DNA of 62,440 nt, the filler included, from an uncultured Methanosarcinales archaeon (GTDB lineage Archaea; Nanobdellota; Nanobdellia; Woesearchaeales; B54-G15), in assembly GCA_964519225.1 (NCBI GenBank). It is 6 parts of 6 records of this genome, joined end to end, with 100 filler letters (N's around TTAATTAATTAA, not from the genome) between each part and the next. Parts side by side here need not be neighbours in the genome. Positions count along the whole stretch, not along the records: positions 1 to 14,083 come from CAZFJK010000021.1; 5 more parts are not named here. One strand, given 5' to 3'. Shown piece after piece: positions 1-8,945 of this stretch. Each line of letters opens with the position of its first letter. Positions within the stretch are counted from its first letter, which is position 1. The notes beneath the pieces were generated by a model. The model had not been told where the DNA came from. It saw only the letters and a list, made by a program, of their open reading frames with translations, and searched no databases. Made by a program: the position numbers and the translations under genes.

Positions 1-65
1 TGCACGCTGAAAAAGAGGCATTTTTGTTCTGGAATGTAGAAGAGGTATAAAAGAATTTCTGGTTT

Positions 66-376
66 TGAGACTATAATGGGACTAAATTGGGACTAAGGTG
101 GGACTAACGTGGGACTAGTGTGAGACTAAATTATCGACGATAAGTCTCAATTTTGTGAGACTAATGTGAGACTTATGTGAGACTAAGTTGAGACTAAAGT
201 GAGACTATGTTAAAATAAGAGGGTTTTTCGTCGATAAAAAGATCTTTTTGGTCCTGTTCTAGTTTTTGGGACTAAAATGAGACTGTAGTGAGACTAACGT
301 GAGACTAAAATGGGACTAATTATCGACGATAAAACAGGAAAATTGAGACTAAAGTGAGACTAAGCTGAGACTAAAT
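66..376 (+). repeat. Non-coding array of 19 direct 11-bp repeats (TGRGACTANNN) in four blocks, separated by three 13-bp palindromes TTATCG(A/T)CGATAA
   Basis: Blocks start at 66 (6 copies), 156 (5), 267 (5) and 344 (3), with an exact 11-nt period inside each block. Palindromes at 131-143, 225-237 (one mismatch) and 320-332. One inverted copy at ~141-149. Confidence 0.95.
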
Positions 377-900
377 GATTGGGGAGAGGGAATAATGAAG
401 GCTTTTATTGTTAGGAGAAGTGAGTAAAAGCAAGGAGTAAAGAAGTTAAAGGTGAAGTTAAAGGTGAATGAGTAATGAGTTTGAGGTAAAGCGAAAGTGA
501 GTTTTGCAAAATTGAGTTTGGAGAATGAAATGGATCTGAAAAGGATGGGAAAGTGAGGGTTTACGGAGGAATTTCCAAGTCTTTAAGAATTATTTTCATT
601 ATAGAAAATAAATAAGTAAATGAAAAAGTGAGAGTTCGAGGAGAAGATGGTAGATTTGATAGGAAATTAAAATCAGGTTCATTTTTGAGAGTAATGAGTT
701 TGATTGATTAAAGATTATATTTTTCCATATTGAAAAATATAAAGAAAACGAAAAAGTGAGAGTTTGAGTAAGTAGATTATGAGCTGAATGGTTTTGGATT
801 TGGGTAAGAAAAGTAGCGGAGTAGTGGAGATAACAGTTAGGCATTATGCTATTTTGGTTATTTCTGGGTTATTCTTTTGGATTTTTAGGATAGGAAAGGT

Positions 901-1575
901 TTAAGTAAGAAAAGTGAGAGTTCGTAAGAAACGTAAGAGTTTATTTTCTGAGGGGAAAAGAATGGAAACACAGAGTTTCCCTCTTCTGAAATTTATATTT
1001 ACTCGTGATTTCTCGGCTATGTTACTAATACATCTTGAAGATTCCCTAAATATGTTGTTCATACGTAAAGTCCACTTGAGTCCGTGAGATGAGATTTTTT
1101 CTACAATTTTAGTAAGAGGGATTATTGAAATGGTTGTTCCTTTTACATTATTAAGGGTAAAGTCTTTCTTGTTCGGAAATATGATAAGTTCAGTTCCGAA
1201 TGGGATAATTATGCTAAAATATCGAGAATATTTCGATGCTAAAAAGAAATTAGTGATTGTTTGATCAAATCTTCCCCCAAAAGCTCCCACAATATAAACT
1301 AAAGAAGATTTCCTTTCTCTCGCTAAACTTAAAGCCAGTTCTCCATCTGTTTTATCTTTATCTTTTGGAAATCGATGGATTAATACTTCCTTCTGCGGAA
1401 GGCAGGATAAAGAATCTAAATCTCCAACTACTTCGTGTACTTTGATTTTGAAAGATTTTGCTTTAGCGAAACCGCCATCTGCGGCGATTATTAGCGATGA
1501 ATTTTTAGCTAAGAATTTGTATAATGCTTTAGAATTTTGCTTATAGTCCCCATTTAAAAATATAAGTGTTTTCAT
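901..1575 (-). CDS. thiN: Thiamine pyrophosphokinase
   Basis: Motifs LNG, IIAADGG, VGDLDS, KDKTDGELAL, GAFGGRFDQ, GLKW...ISN. Confidence 0.9.
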   Translation of the reverse strand: MKTLIFLNGDYKQNSKALYKFLAKNSSLIIAADGGFAKAKSFKIKVHEVVGDLDSLSCLPQKEVLIHRFPKDKDKTDGELALSLARERKSSLVYIVGAFGGRFDQTITNFFLASKYSRYFSIIIPFGTELIIFPNKKDFTLNNVKGTTISIIPLTKIVEKISSHGLKWTLRMNNIFRESSRCISNIAEKSRVNINFRRGKLCVSILFPSENKLLRFLRTLTFLT

Positions 1576-1665
1576 CTGTTTCTTAACTTAATTTTTGTAT
1601 AAAAAAGTTTGTTTTAGAAAAATCGAAAAATACATAATATTTTGTTTGCTCTTTTTAAAATTCAA

Positions 1666-2292
1666 ATGAGAAAGAAAGAACTTGCGATTTTTTTGTCGGG
1701 GTTGAGAGGATTTGCTGTGAGGAGGGAATCGCTGGAGCAGAGAGAAAGTGAAAGTGAGATTATTGCTGATGTGTTGTGGAAAGCCTATATGCTCGGAGAT
1801 ATTGAAGGTAAGATTATTGCTGATCTTGGTTGCGGCACGGGTATAATTGGAATAGGATGTTTGCTTCTTGGAGCTAAAAAGGTGTATTTTGTTGATATCG
1901 ACGAGGATGCGATTAAAGTTTTGAAAGAAAACCTTCGCAAACTTGAAGGAAGTTTGAGGAAGAAGGCTGTTATCATTTTAAAGGATGTTAATAAATTGAG
2001 CAGAAAGGATGTGAAAGGTGTTGAAGTTGTTATTCAAAATCCGCCTTTTGGTGTGAAGAAAAGGCTTGACAGGGTTTTCTTAGAAGTTGCCTTTAAGCTT
2101 GTGAATGTTGTTTATTCTTTTCATAGGCTTGACGTTGAAAGATTTGTGTATGCTTTTAGCAGGGATCATGGCTTTAGAGTAACGCATTTATGGAAATACA
2201 AATGGCCGATGAAGGCTGTTGCAAGAAAGCACAGGAAACGGATAAGATATTTACCTGTTGGCTGCTGGAGATTGGAAAGATTTTTAAAATAA
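1666..2292 (+). CDS. METTL5-like SAM-dependent RNA methyltransferase
   Basis: ADLGCGTG SAM motif and NPPFG catalytic motif. Start moved to ATG 1666. Confidence 0.85.
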   Translation: MRKKELAIFLSGLRGFAVRRESLEQRESESEIIADVLWKAYMLGDIEGKIIADLGCGTGIIGIGCLLLGAKKVYFVDIDEDAIKVLKENLRKLEGSLRKKAVIILKDVNKLSRKDVKGVEVVIQNPPFGVKKRLDRVFLEVAFKLVNVVYSFHRLDVERFVYAFSRDHGFRVTHLWKYKWPMKAVARKHRKRIRYLPVGCWRLERFLK

Positions 2293-2312
2293 AAGAAAAA
2301 GGTTAGGCTGAA

Positions 2313-2591
2313 ATGGAAGTCAAGATTGTTAAGGAAGAGAAGAATAAAATGATTATTGAGCTTCCGAAAGAAGGACACACTTTTCTAAATGCCCTGAAAG
2401 AAGAGCTGTGGAATGACAAACACGTCAAGGTTTCTGGATACAGGATAGATCATCCGCTTGTCGGCATTCCTAGATTGATAGTTGAAACTGATGGAAAAGA
2501 AACGCCAAAGAAAGCTTTGATTGCTGCTGCTGAAAGACTTAAAAAGCAAGGAAAGAAGTTCAAGGAATTGATCGGAAAGCTTAGGATTTAA
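2313..2591 (+). CDS. rpoL: RNA polymerase subunit Rpo11 (L)
   Basis: EGHTFLNALK...GYRIDHPL signature. Confidence 0.95.
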   Translation: MEVKIVKEEKNKMIIELPKEGHTFLNALKEELWNDKHVKVSGYRIDHPLVGIPRLIVETDGKETPKKALIAAAERLKKQGKKFKELIGKLRI

Positions 2592-2603
2592 TTTTAATTT
2601 AGA

Positions 2604-3212
2604 ATGAAAAAGTATAGCGTAGAAGAAGCAAAAGAATTGATTGCGCTGGCAAGAAAAGCAATTGAAGATTTCTATGTCGACAAGGATACTGAAGCAGAGA
2701 TTTCTGATGAAATAAAAGAGAAATATAGCGAGAAAAGAGGAGTTTTTGTAAGTATATATGTTGATGGAGAATTGCAGGGCTGTATTGGATTTGCCTATCC
2801 TGTTTTTCCTTTGTGGAAAGCAGTAATAAAAGCTGCTGTTGGGGCTGCTTTTGAGGATCCTAGGTTTCCGCCTTTGCTCAAAGAAAGCTATAGGAGATGC
2901 AGAATTGAACTGACGATACTGACTGAGCCTGAACCTATTGAAATTGAGGAGCCAGAAGATTATTTGAAAAAGATAAAGATAGGAAAGCATGGACTGATGG
3001 TAAAGGATGCTTTTGGAAGTGGTTTATTGCTGCCTCAGGTTGCTGTTGATGAGAAATGGAGCGTTGAAGAGTTTTTGAACTATACTTGTATGAAAGCCGG
3101 ATTGGATGCTGATTGCTGGCGTAACAAAAGAAGGAATGTTTATTGGTTTGAGGCGCAGGTTTTTAGCGAAAAAGATGGAAAGGTTGTTGAAAAACGCTTG
3201 GAGGTGAAATAA
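2604..3212 (+). CDS. AMMECR1-domain protein
   Basis: GVFVS, GCIG, AAFEDPRF, GLLLPQVA and C-KAG motifs. Confidence 0.9.
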   Translation: MKKYSVEEAKELIALARKAIEDFYVDKDTEAEISDEIKEKYSEKRGVFVSIYVDGELQGCIGFAYPVFPLWKAVIKAAVGAAFEDPRFPPLLKESYRRCRIELTILTEPEPIEIEEPEDYLKKIKIGKHGLMVKDAFGSGLLLPQVAVDEKWSVEEFLNYTCMKAGLDADCWRNKRRNVYWFEAQVFSEKDGKVVEKRLEVK

Positions 3213-3431
3213 ATGTTTTGGTTTGGTTGGACGGCTGGCTTCGGGATTGGCTTTTCTTTGTTGCTTGCTTTGGTTATGATATGGAGTATGATCTGGAAAG
3301 GTATAGCTTTGTGGAAGGCAGGAAGGAATGGCCAGCTTGGTTGGTTTGTGGTTTTGTTTATAATCAACACTGCAGGAATACTTGATATAATTTATTTGAT
3401 ATGGTTTCAGAAAAAGAAGCGGAAAAGATAA
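3213..3431 (+). CDS. Small membrane protein (DUF5652-like)
   Basis: WKGIALWKAGRNGQLGWF...NTAGILDIIY pattern; hydrophobic. Confidence 0.7.
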   Translation: MFWFGWTAGFGIGFSLLLALVMIWSMIWKGIALWKAGRNGQLGWFVVLFIINTAGILDIIYLIWFQKKKRKR

Positions 3432-3465
3432 AAATTTAAATATGATTTCTGGTGCCTAAGCGATA

Positions 3466-3963
3466 ATGTTTGTCAGAAAGAAAAAAATAAAGGGTAAAGA
3501 GTATGCCTATCTTGTTGAAAACAAATACATTAATGGCAGGGTAAAGCAGAAAGTTAAAAGATATCTTGGAAAGGTTTTCAAATTTGATAGGAGCGGTGAT
3601 TTTCCTGTTACGACGGTATTTGATAAAAGCCGGGTTGATGCGATAAAAGATTTGTTAAAAAAAGAGTTGATTTTAAGGGGGTTTAAAGTAAAAGGTGATA
3701 CATTAGAGCGTGAGAATGTTGTTGTTGATTTGAAGAAAGGCGAAGTTTACTTTAAAGGAAGAAAAGCATGCATAGAGCTGAATGAGGGTTTTCTTTGCGG
3801 CTATACGTTAAGAAAGCTTTATAGATTGGAAGATGGAGATGGCTATGCTGTGGCTAATGCTCTGCTCAGTGCTGGAATTAAGCTAAGCAAGGATGATTTT
3901 GTTAAGTTTTTTGAACGATATTATGGAGGTGAAGCTGATGAGCGCGAGCAAGCAGATCAATGA
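3466..3963 (+). CDS. Hypothetical protein with basic N-terminus
   Basis: ORF with upstream TTTAAATA TATA-like box and host-like codon usage. Confidence 0.65.
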   Translation: MFVRKKKIKGKEYAYLVENKYINGRVKQKVKRYLGKVFKFDRSGDFPVTTVFDKSRVDAIKDLLKKELILRGFKVKGDTLERENVVVDLKKGEVYFKGRKACIELNEGFLCGYTLRKLYRLEDGDGYAVANALLSAGIKLSKDDFVKFFERYYGGEADEREQADQ

Positions 3964-4666
3964 GATTAATCCAAAATGGCCTGTTCATGTTGGTATAATA
4001 CTTGATGGAAACAGGAGGTTTGCAAAGAGATTGATGCTCGAGCCATGGAAAGGGCATGAATACGGAAAGGAAAAGTTGAAGAAATTATTTGAGTGGTGCA
4101 AGGAATTTGGTGTTAGAGAATTGACTTTATATTGTTTTAGCATGCAAAACTTTAACAGGCCGAAGAGGGAATTTGATTATTTGATGAAGATTTTTATTGA
4201 TGCTGCAAATGAAGCGCTTGAAGATAAGAGAGTTCATGAAAATAAAATAAGGATAAGGGTGATTGGTAGAAAGCATTTGTTGCCGAAAGAAGTTCAGGAT
4301 GCTTTTACGCGACTTGAAGAAGCGACTAAAGATTATGATGAATATTTGATTAATCTTGCTATTGCTTACGGCGGAAGAGAGGAAATAATCGACGGGATTA
4401 AGAAACTTGCTGAACACGTGCGGCTTGGAAAGGTTAAAGTTGATGAGATAAATGAAGGCGTGTTTAAGGAGTATCTCTATCTTGCTGATGAACCCGATAT
4501 GATAATAAGAACCGGAGGTGAGCAGAGGACGAGCAATTTTCTTCTGTGGCAAAGTATCTACAGTGAATGGGTCTTTTTAAAAAAGACGTGGCCCGAGTTT
4601 GAGAAAGAGGATTTTGAATGGTGTTTGAATGAATATGCAAGGCGTGAGCGAAGGTTTGGAAGATGA
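3938..4666 (+). CDS. uppS: cis-Prenyltransferase (undecaprenyl-diphosphate synthase family)
   Basis: HVGIILDGNRR, YGGREEI, IIRTGGEQRTSNFLLWQ and RRFG motifs. SD GGAGGTGA before ATG 3938. Confidence 0.95.
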   Translation: MSASKQINEINPKWPVHVGIILDGNRRFAKRLMLEPWKGHEYGKEKLKKLFEWCKEFGVRELTLYCFSMQNFNRPKREFDYLMKIFIDAANEALEDKRVHENKIRIRVIGRKHLLPKEVQDAFTRLEEATKDYDEYLINLAIAYGGREEIIDGIKKLAEHVRLGKVKVDEINEGVFKEYLYLADEPDMIIRTGGEQRTSNFLLWQSIYSEWVFLKKTWPEFEKEDFEWCLNEYARRERRFGR

Positions 4667-5201
4667 ACAGCGTGAAAGTAAAAGCAGATGGTTCCTGAAG
4701 CTTATTCTTGCTGTGTTTCTTCTGCTTTTGATTGTTCTTTTTGTTGTTCCCTATTATGGCGTTAAGCTTGATCCCGAACCTGAAAGGATTATTTCGATTG
4801 AAGAAGCTCTGGAAGGAAGACGGTATGCTAAAGACCTGATAAAGTTTGTTGCTGATAAGGTTGTTGCAAATGCTTGCATGAGCGGGAATAAGGTTTGTCA
4901 TGCAAAAGCACTGTTTTATTTTGTAAGGGATAATTTCAAGTATGTGGCTGATCCGATCGGAAAAGAATATATTGAAAGGCCGGAGGAATTCCTGCTTGCT
5001 GGCGGCGGTGATTGTGAAAGCGGAAGTTTGTTTCTCGTTGCTTTGCTTGAAAGGGTTGGCATTAAAGCAGAGGTTGTTGCAAAGAGGGGGCATGCGTTTG
5101 TAAGGGCTTATTTGCCTGAAATATTAAAAAAATATAAGAAGGATGGTTATGTCTATCTTGATTGGACCTGCAAGCAATGCGGGTTTGGTGAGTTGAGGTA
5201 A
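4629..5201 (+). CDS. Membrane-anchored transglutaminase-like protein
   Basis: N-terminal TM helix; GDC...GHA...LDWT catalytic triad pattern. Start uncertain. Confidence 0.75.
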   Translation: MNMQGVSEGLEDEQRESKSRWFLKLILAVFLLLLIVLFVVPYYGVKLDPEPERIISIEEALEGRRYAKDLIKFVADKVVANACMSGNKVCHAKALFYFVRDNFKYVADPIGKEYIERPEEFLLAGGGDCESGSLFLVALLERVGIKAEVVAKRGHAFVRAYLPEILKKYKKDGYVYLDWTCKQCGFGELR

Positions 5202-5202
5202 A

Positions 5203-5526
5203 ATGAAAGACGAGGGAAAGGAGCATAAACGCGTTTGGATTTATGAAAAATTAGATAGAATTTGGGAAGAATATCTCTGGGCAGGAATTCATATGGTTGA
5301 AGCGGTAAAAGCAAAGGCATGGGATCAATTTTGGGAATATTTGGATTACGCAGATTGTTTGGAAGAATTGCTTAAGGAGTTTTCTATTGATGAGCACGGT
5401 GATTTTTTTCAAAAGAGATTTGGAGATGTTTGCGAGAAGGTTTTTGGAAAAAACTATGCGCGTTTGGCTGATGGGCTTTTAAAGGAATATTTAAGAGTAA
5501 GCGGAATGTTTCCTGAGCTATTGTGA
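5203..5526 (+). CDS. Hypothetical protein
   Basis: ORF directly after the previous stop, with SD GAGG. Confidence 0.6.
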   Translation: MKDEGKEHKRVWIYEKLDRIWEEYLWAGIHMVEAVKAKAWDQFWEYLDYADCLEELLKEFSIDEHGDFFQKRFGDVCEKVFGKNYARLADGLLKEYLRVSGMFPELL

Positions 5527-5577
5527 ATGTTGTGAATGATAACATTTTTAAAATAGACGGTTTTTTTGCTTGGAAAA

Positions 5578-5745
5578 ATGGAACTGATCTGCAATTCATG
5601 CAAGACAAGGATAGCGAATCAGCCTGGAAGCGTTGTTTTTCCATGCCCAAAGTGCGGAAAGTATCAGATAGTAAGATGCTATAGATGTAGAAGGGCTGCT
5701 GTGAAGTATAGGTGCCCTGAATGCGGATTTGAAGGACCTAACTAA
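5578..5745 (+). CDS. Small Zn-ribbon protein (DUF1610/HVO_2753-like), absent from ORF track
   Basis: Translated by hand: MELICNSCKTRIANQPGSVVFPCPKCGKYQIVRCYRCRRAAVKYRCPECGFEGPN. Four CxxC motifs; sits in its usual position upstream of EF-1beta. Confidence 0.9.
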   Translation: MELICNSCKTRIANQPGSVVFPCPKCGKYQIVRCYRCRRAAVKYRCPECGFEGPN

Positions 5746-5759
5746 TGAGGTGTTTTTGA

Positions 5760-6035
5760 ATGGCAGATGTTGTTGTTACCCTGAAGGTTATGCCAAAGGG
5801 TGTTGATGTGGATTTGAATGCGCTGGCTGAGAAGGTCAAGGAAAAGATTTCTGCTTTTGGCGGTGAAGTCGGAAAGGTTGAAGAAAAACCCGTTGCTTTT
5901 GGGCTGAAGAGTTTGATGATCTATTTTGTTATGCCTGAGGAAAAAGGAAGTACAGAGCCTTTGGAGAAGGAGATCGAAATGTTTGATGATGTTGAAAGCG
6001 TTGATGTTGTTGATGTTAGGCGGGCTGTAGGTTGA
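5760..6035 (+). CDS. ef1b: Elongation factor 1-beta
   Basis: KVMP...PVAFGLKSL motif; SD GAGGTG. Confidence 0.95.
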   Translation: MADVVVTLKVMPKGVDVDLNALAEKVKEKISAFGGEVGKVEEKPVAFGLKSLMIYFVMPEEKGSTEPLEKEIEMFDDVESVDVVDVRRAVG

Positions 6036-6042
6036 TTTTGAT

Positions 6043-7086
6043 TTATTTTGTTAATTGTTTTATTGTTTTTATTATGTCTTCTTCTTTTGCTGTTGTTCTT
6101 ATGCCGTAATCGCTGAAATGAGTTCTTGCTGCTTTGAAACCTGCTTTTTTTAGATTTGCCATCAGAGATGTGAGCTTTGGTATTTGAAGTTGATTCTTTT
6201 TGCAAAGAGCATGGTACTGCATGAATGGAAAATTCAGTATTTTGCATTCTTCTGCTATTCTTTTAAGCATGGTTGCTTCGTGCATTTTCGCTATGGCTTT
6301 GGCAAGTGCATTATTCCAGAGAGGGCCTGTCCAGAGAGGACCGATTTTATCTTCTATTGTTTTGTGGTACGCTAAAAGCCTGTCTGTTTTTGTTGCACCT
6401 TTTTTGCAAATGAAGAATGCGCGATAGTAGTGCTGTTTGTAATATGAATATATCGGCGTTAGGGCTTTTTCGTACTGCGCTGCAATGAGTTGGACTTTTC
6501 TTATTAGAATGCGGAGAGCAAATTCATGAGCTGAAGGATGTTTTGCTGCGGGCTTTGCCCAGTATTTTCTGAGGCATGTTTTTGGATATGTTCCTGCTAG
6601 CGGAGCTGTGTCTGTTGCTGTTACTGCGAGTATTGCATTTCGGCTGAGGGCTTTTATTGCAGCGTCGAGGAATGGATTTGGACTGCCAAAGGGATCTATG
6701 TCAATGTAATCAAAACCTTTGTTTTCAATGAGGAATAAGTTTGCATCTTGATTAAAGATCTTTGCTTTGGTTTTGGGTATTTTGTTTAAAGCGAGATTCT
6801 TTTTTATTGCTTGGGTGGCTTTTTTGTTAATGTCGTTGAAGAGAATTTCTTTTACCGCTTGATTTGCTTCAAGGATTAATCTTATACCGCGAATTCCTGA
6901 GCCTGCCAATGGAAGTGCTATCCTGAACTTCCTTTTTTCTTTATTTGCGATGTAGGAAACGATCAGAACAGAGATTGTTCTGTTCAGAGCCATTGCAGGA
7001 TTGTAGAAAACCGGCATGTCTTTTGTCGGAATCTGTTTTGTTCTTGGAATATATGTTTTTGCTTTTCCTTCTATGATTTGGGGCAT
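6043..7086 (-). CDS. trm1: tRNA (guanine26-N2)-dimethyltransferase
   Basis: VFYNPAM.LNR, GSGIRGIR, DIDPFGSP, TATD and GPLWTGPL motifs. Confidence 0.92.
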   Translation of the reverse strand: MPQIIEGKAKTYIPRTKQIPTKDMPVFYNPAMALNRTISVLIVSYIANKEKRKFRIALPLAGSGIRGIRLILEANQAVKEILFNDINKKATQAIKKNLALNKIPKTKAKIFNQDANLFLIENKGFDYIDIDPFGSPNPFLDAAIKALSRNAILAVTATDTAPLAGTYPKTCLRKYWAKPAAKHPSAHEFALRILIRKVQLIAAQYEKALTPIYSYYKQHYYRAFFICKKGATKTDRLLAYHKTIEDKIGPLWTGPLWNNALAKAIAKMHEATMLKRIAEECKILNFPFMQYHALCKKNQLQIPKLTSLMANLKKAGFKAARTHFSDYGIRTTAKEEDIIKTIKQLTK

Positions 7087-7141
7087 TTTCTTTTAAGAAG
7101 AAATGATAAAAAATAAAACTTGTGGTTTTGTATGAAAAGTT

Positions 7142-7492
7142 ATGAATGCAAAGTTGTGTTTAAAGGAAATTGGGAAATTGGGCGGGATAGAAAAGATAGT
7201 TTTGCATTATAAATGGTACTTGCACATGAATGAGAAGGAACGCGCAAGGGATTATCTAATATTACGAATTGAGCATGAACACGGCGTAGTTGAATTCGGC
7301 TTTAGGCCGACTCGATTACGCGATGAAACAGCTGTTAGAGAATATCTGCTTGGCTTTTTAAAGAAGACTTTGCAAAAGAGGAGCATAAAAAGAAAATTAA
7401 GGAAAGAAGGTTCGCTCATTTGTTTATATCAGAATGTTCCTATTTACTCCAAGCGCTTCGATGAGTTTTTGCGTCAATACTTGAATGGTTGA
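7142..7492 (+). CDS. Hypothetical protein
   Basis: 116-aa ORF; no recognised motif. Confidence 0.5.
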   Translation: MNAKLCLKEIGKLGGIEKIVLHYKWYLHMNEKERARDYLILRIEHEHGVVEFGFRPTRLRDETAVREYLLGFLKKTLQKRSIKRKLRKEGSLICLYQNVPIYSKRFDEFLRQYLNG

Positions 7493-8008
7493 ATCGTTTT
7501 CTATTGTTATGTCTGCCATTTGCATGCATTTTTTGACTTGCTGACCATGTGAGGATTCGTCTTTGCCGAGATCTCTTTCATCGATTTTAATGAATTCCTC
7601 CCAAGTTTTTGGATCTGAAGGTCTATTGCGAGAAAGCATGAATTGAAAGCGTTTTTCTCTTGGTGCTGTAATGCTTATCAAAATGAAGTTTTCATTAAAT
7701 GCTGTTTTGAATGCCATTACTTCAGCTGGATTTCTGATGCCGTCGATGACAAAGCGATTGTTTTGGGTATGTTTGACTTTTTCTATGATTCTGTCTGCAA
7801 GAACAGAGTTTCCAAATTTTAGACGGAGTTCATTTCCGATGTCTTGGAGCTGTTTTGTTGTATAGTTCGCTAAGCCGCGATTTCTTGCTTCTTCGCGGAC
7901 TATGTCCGAAAGGGAAAAATAAGTAAAGCCTTTTGATTTAAGGAAATCTGCAATGACGCCTTTGCCGCTGGCTTTTGGTCCGGTTAGGCCGATAATAAGC
8001 TTATGCAT
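7424..8008 (-). CDS. P-loop nucleotide kinase (dephospho-CoA/dNMP-kinase-like)
   Basis: IGLTGPKASGKG Walker A, VIDGIRNPAE, ADITIEND. Confidence 0.8.
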   Translation of the reverse strand: MHKLIIGLTGPKASGKGVIADFLKSKGFTYFSLSDIVREEARNRGLANYTTKQLQDIGNELRLKFGNSVLADRIIEKVKHTQNNRFVIDGIRNPAEVMAFKTAFNENFILISITAPREKRFQFMLSRNRPSDPKTWEEFIKIDERDLGKDESSHGQQVKKCMQMADITIENDSTIQVLTQKLIEALGVNRNILI

Positions 8009-8225
8009 TTTTATTATTGCATCCGAGACAATAAAGGTATCTTTTATAACCGAGGATTTTCTTCTGGATTTGCTTGTTTTTTACAAGTTTTGATAGAGTC
8101 TTAAGAAAGTTTTGGTGTGTTGGTGCTTTGTTGAATTTTTGTTTAAAGAGAAGCTCGAGCTCTTTTGCTGTTAACCAACGCTTTTTGTTCTTTTCCATTA
8201 ATTCAAGAATGTCAAACCAATACAT
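8001..8225 (-). CDS. Small winged-helix-like protein
   Basis: Basic 74-aa ORF (WLTAKEL...LSKLVKNKQI...YLY), coupled to both neighbours. Confidence 0.5.
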   Translation of the reverse strand: MYWFDILELMEKNKKRWLTAKELELLFKQKFNKAPTHQNFLKTLSKLVKNKQIQKKILGYKRYLYCLGCNNKNA

Positions 8226-8227
8226 TT

Positions 8228-8893
8228 TCAGCTGGGATATTTTTCTATCTGTTGTCTAAGTTTTTCTAATTTTTGTTCGTCGTTTAAAAAAGATTTGATA
8301 GTACACATATTTGCTGGGGATGGATGCGGAATGGCTACGTAAGGATAGTCACGATAAAATGATTGAAAAAAATTCTCTACATGCTTTCCTAAAGTAAGGA
8401 AAAGCTTTACGCTGTTTTCAGGAAGTTCTCTTTTGAATCTGATTGTTGCGCATATAAGGGTTTGTGGAAAATATCTCGGGTCAAAGGGCTTTGGTTTGTT
8501 GTTTATTTTTGCCGGGCATTTGATAAGAGAGGTTAGATGTACTTTTTCTTCTAAAGATTCTGGTTGAAAGATTTGTTCTGAATCATTGAAGCCGAGTATT
8601 TGCGGAATATATAATGCTTCAAGCATTTCTGCAAGATTCCTTCTCAGTCTTCCAGAAAAAGCTGCTCTTGATAATGCTTCTACTGGATGTGTGCCTTGAT
8701 TTACCAATTCCTGATAAGTTTTAACTTGCTGCGGTCCTGGTGAGAAGCCGATTATAGCAATGATCGGGTTTTTTGGTGAGTTGCCGATCGGACAATAAGT
8801 TAAAGTGAGCTTTTTTCCTCGATTATTGTATACTTCGAGCTCTTCAAAAGGTTTTGTAGTGCACAGATAACACTGAGGTATTGACAGGCTCAT
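8228..8893 (-). CDS. Uracil-DNA glycosylase superfamily protein
   Basis: IIGFSPG (motif A-like), AF.G, TSLIKCP, LG and PHPSPAN (motif B). Confidence 0.75.
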   Translation of the reverse strand: MSLSIPQCYLCTTKPFEELEVYNNRGKKLTLTYCPIGNSPKNPIIAIIGFSPGPQQVKTYQELVNQGTHPVEALSRAAFSGRLRRNLAEMLEALYIPQILGFNDSEQIFQPESLEEKVHLTSLIKCPAKINNKPKPFDPRYFPQTLICATIRFKRELPENSVKLFLTLGKHVENFFQSFYRDYPYVAIPHPSPANMCTIKSFLNDEQKLEKLRQQIEKYPS

Positions 8894-8945
8894 AGGAAGA
8901 TTATTTTAGGAAAGATTTTAAAATTTATTGGCAAAATGGAGAGTT

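Noticed and set aside
66..376. CRISPR array
   Set aside because: Repeats are 11 bp and contiguous with no unique spacers; no cas genes in the window.
2385..2990. Long antisense ORFs (also 4464-5093, 30701-31225, 40313-40843)
   Set aside because: Shadows of well-supported genes on the opposite strand; no motifs.
3466..3963. IS1634-like transposase (similar N-terminus)
   Set aside because: Only 165 aa, no DDE domain or terminal repeats, and host-like codon usage.
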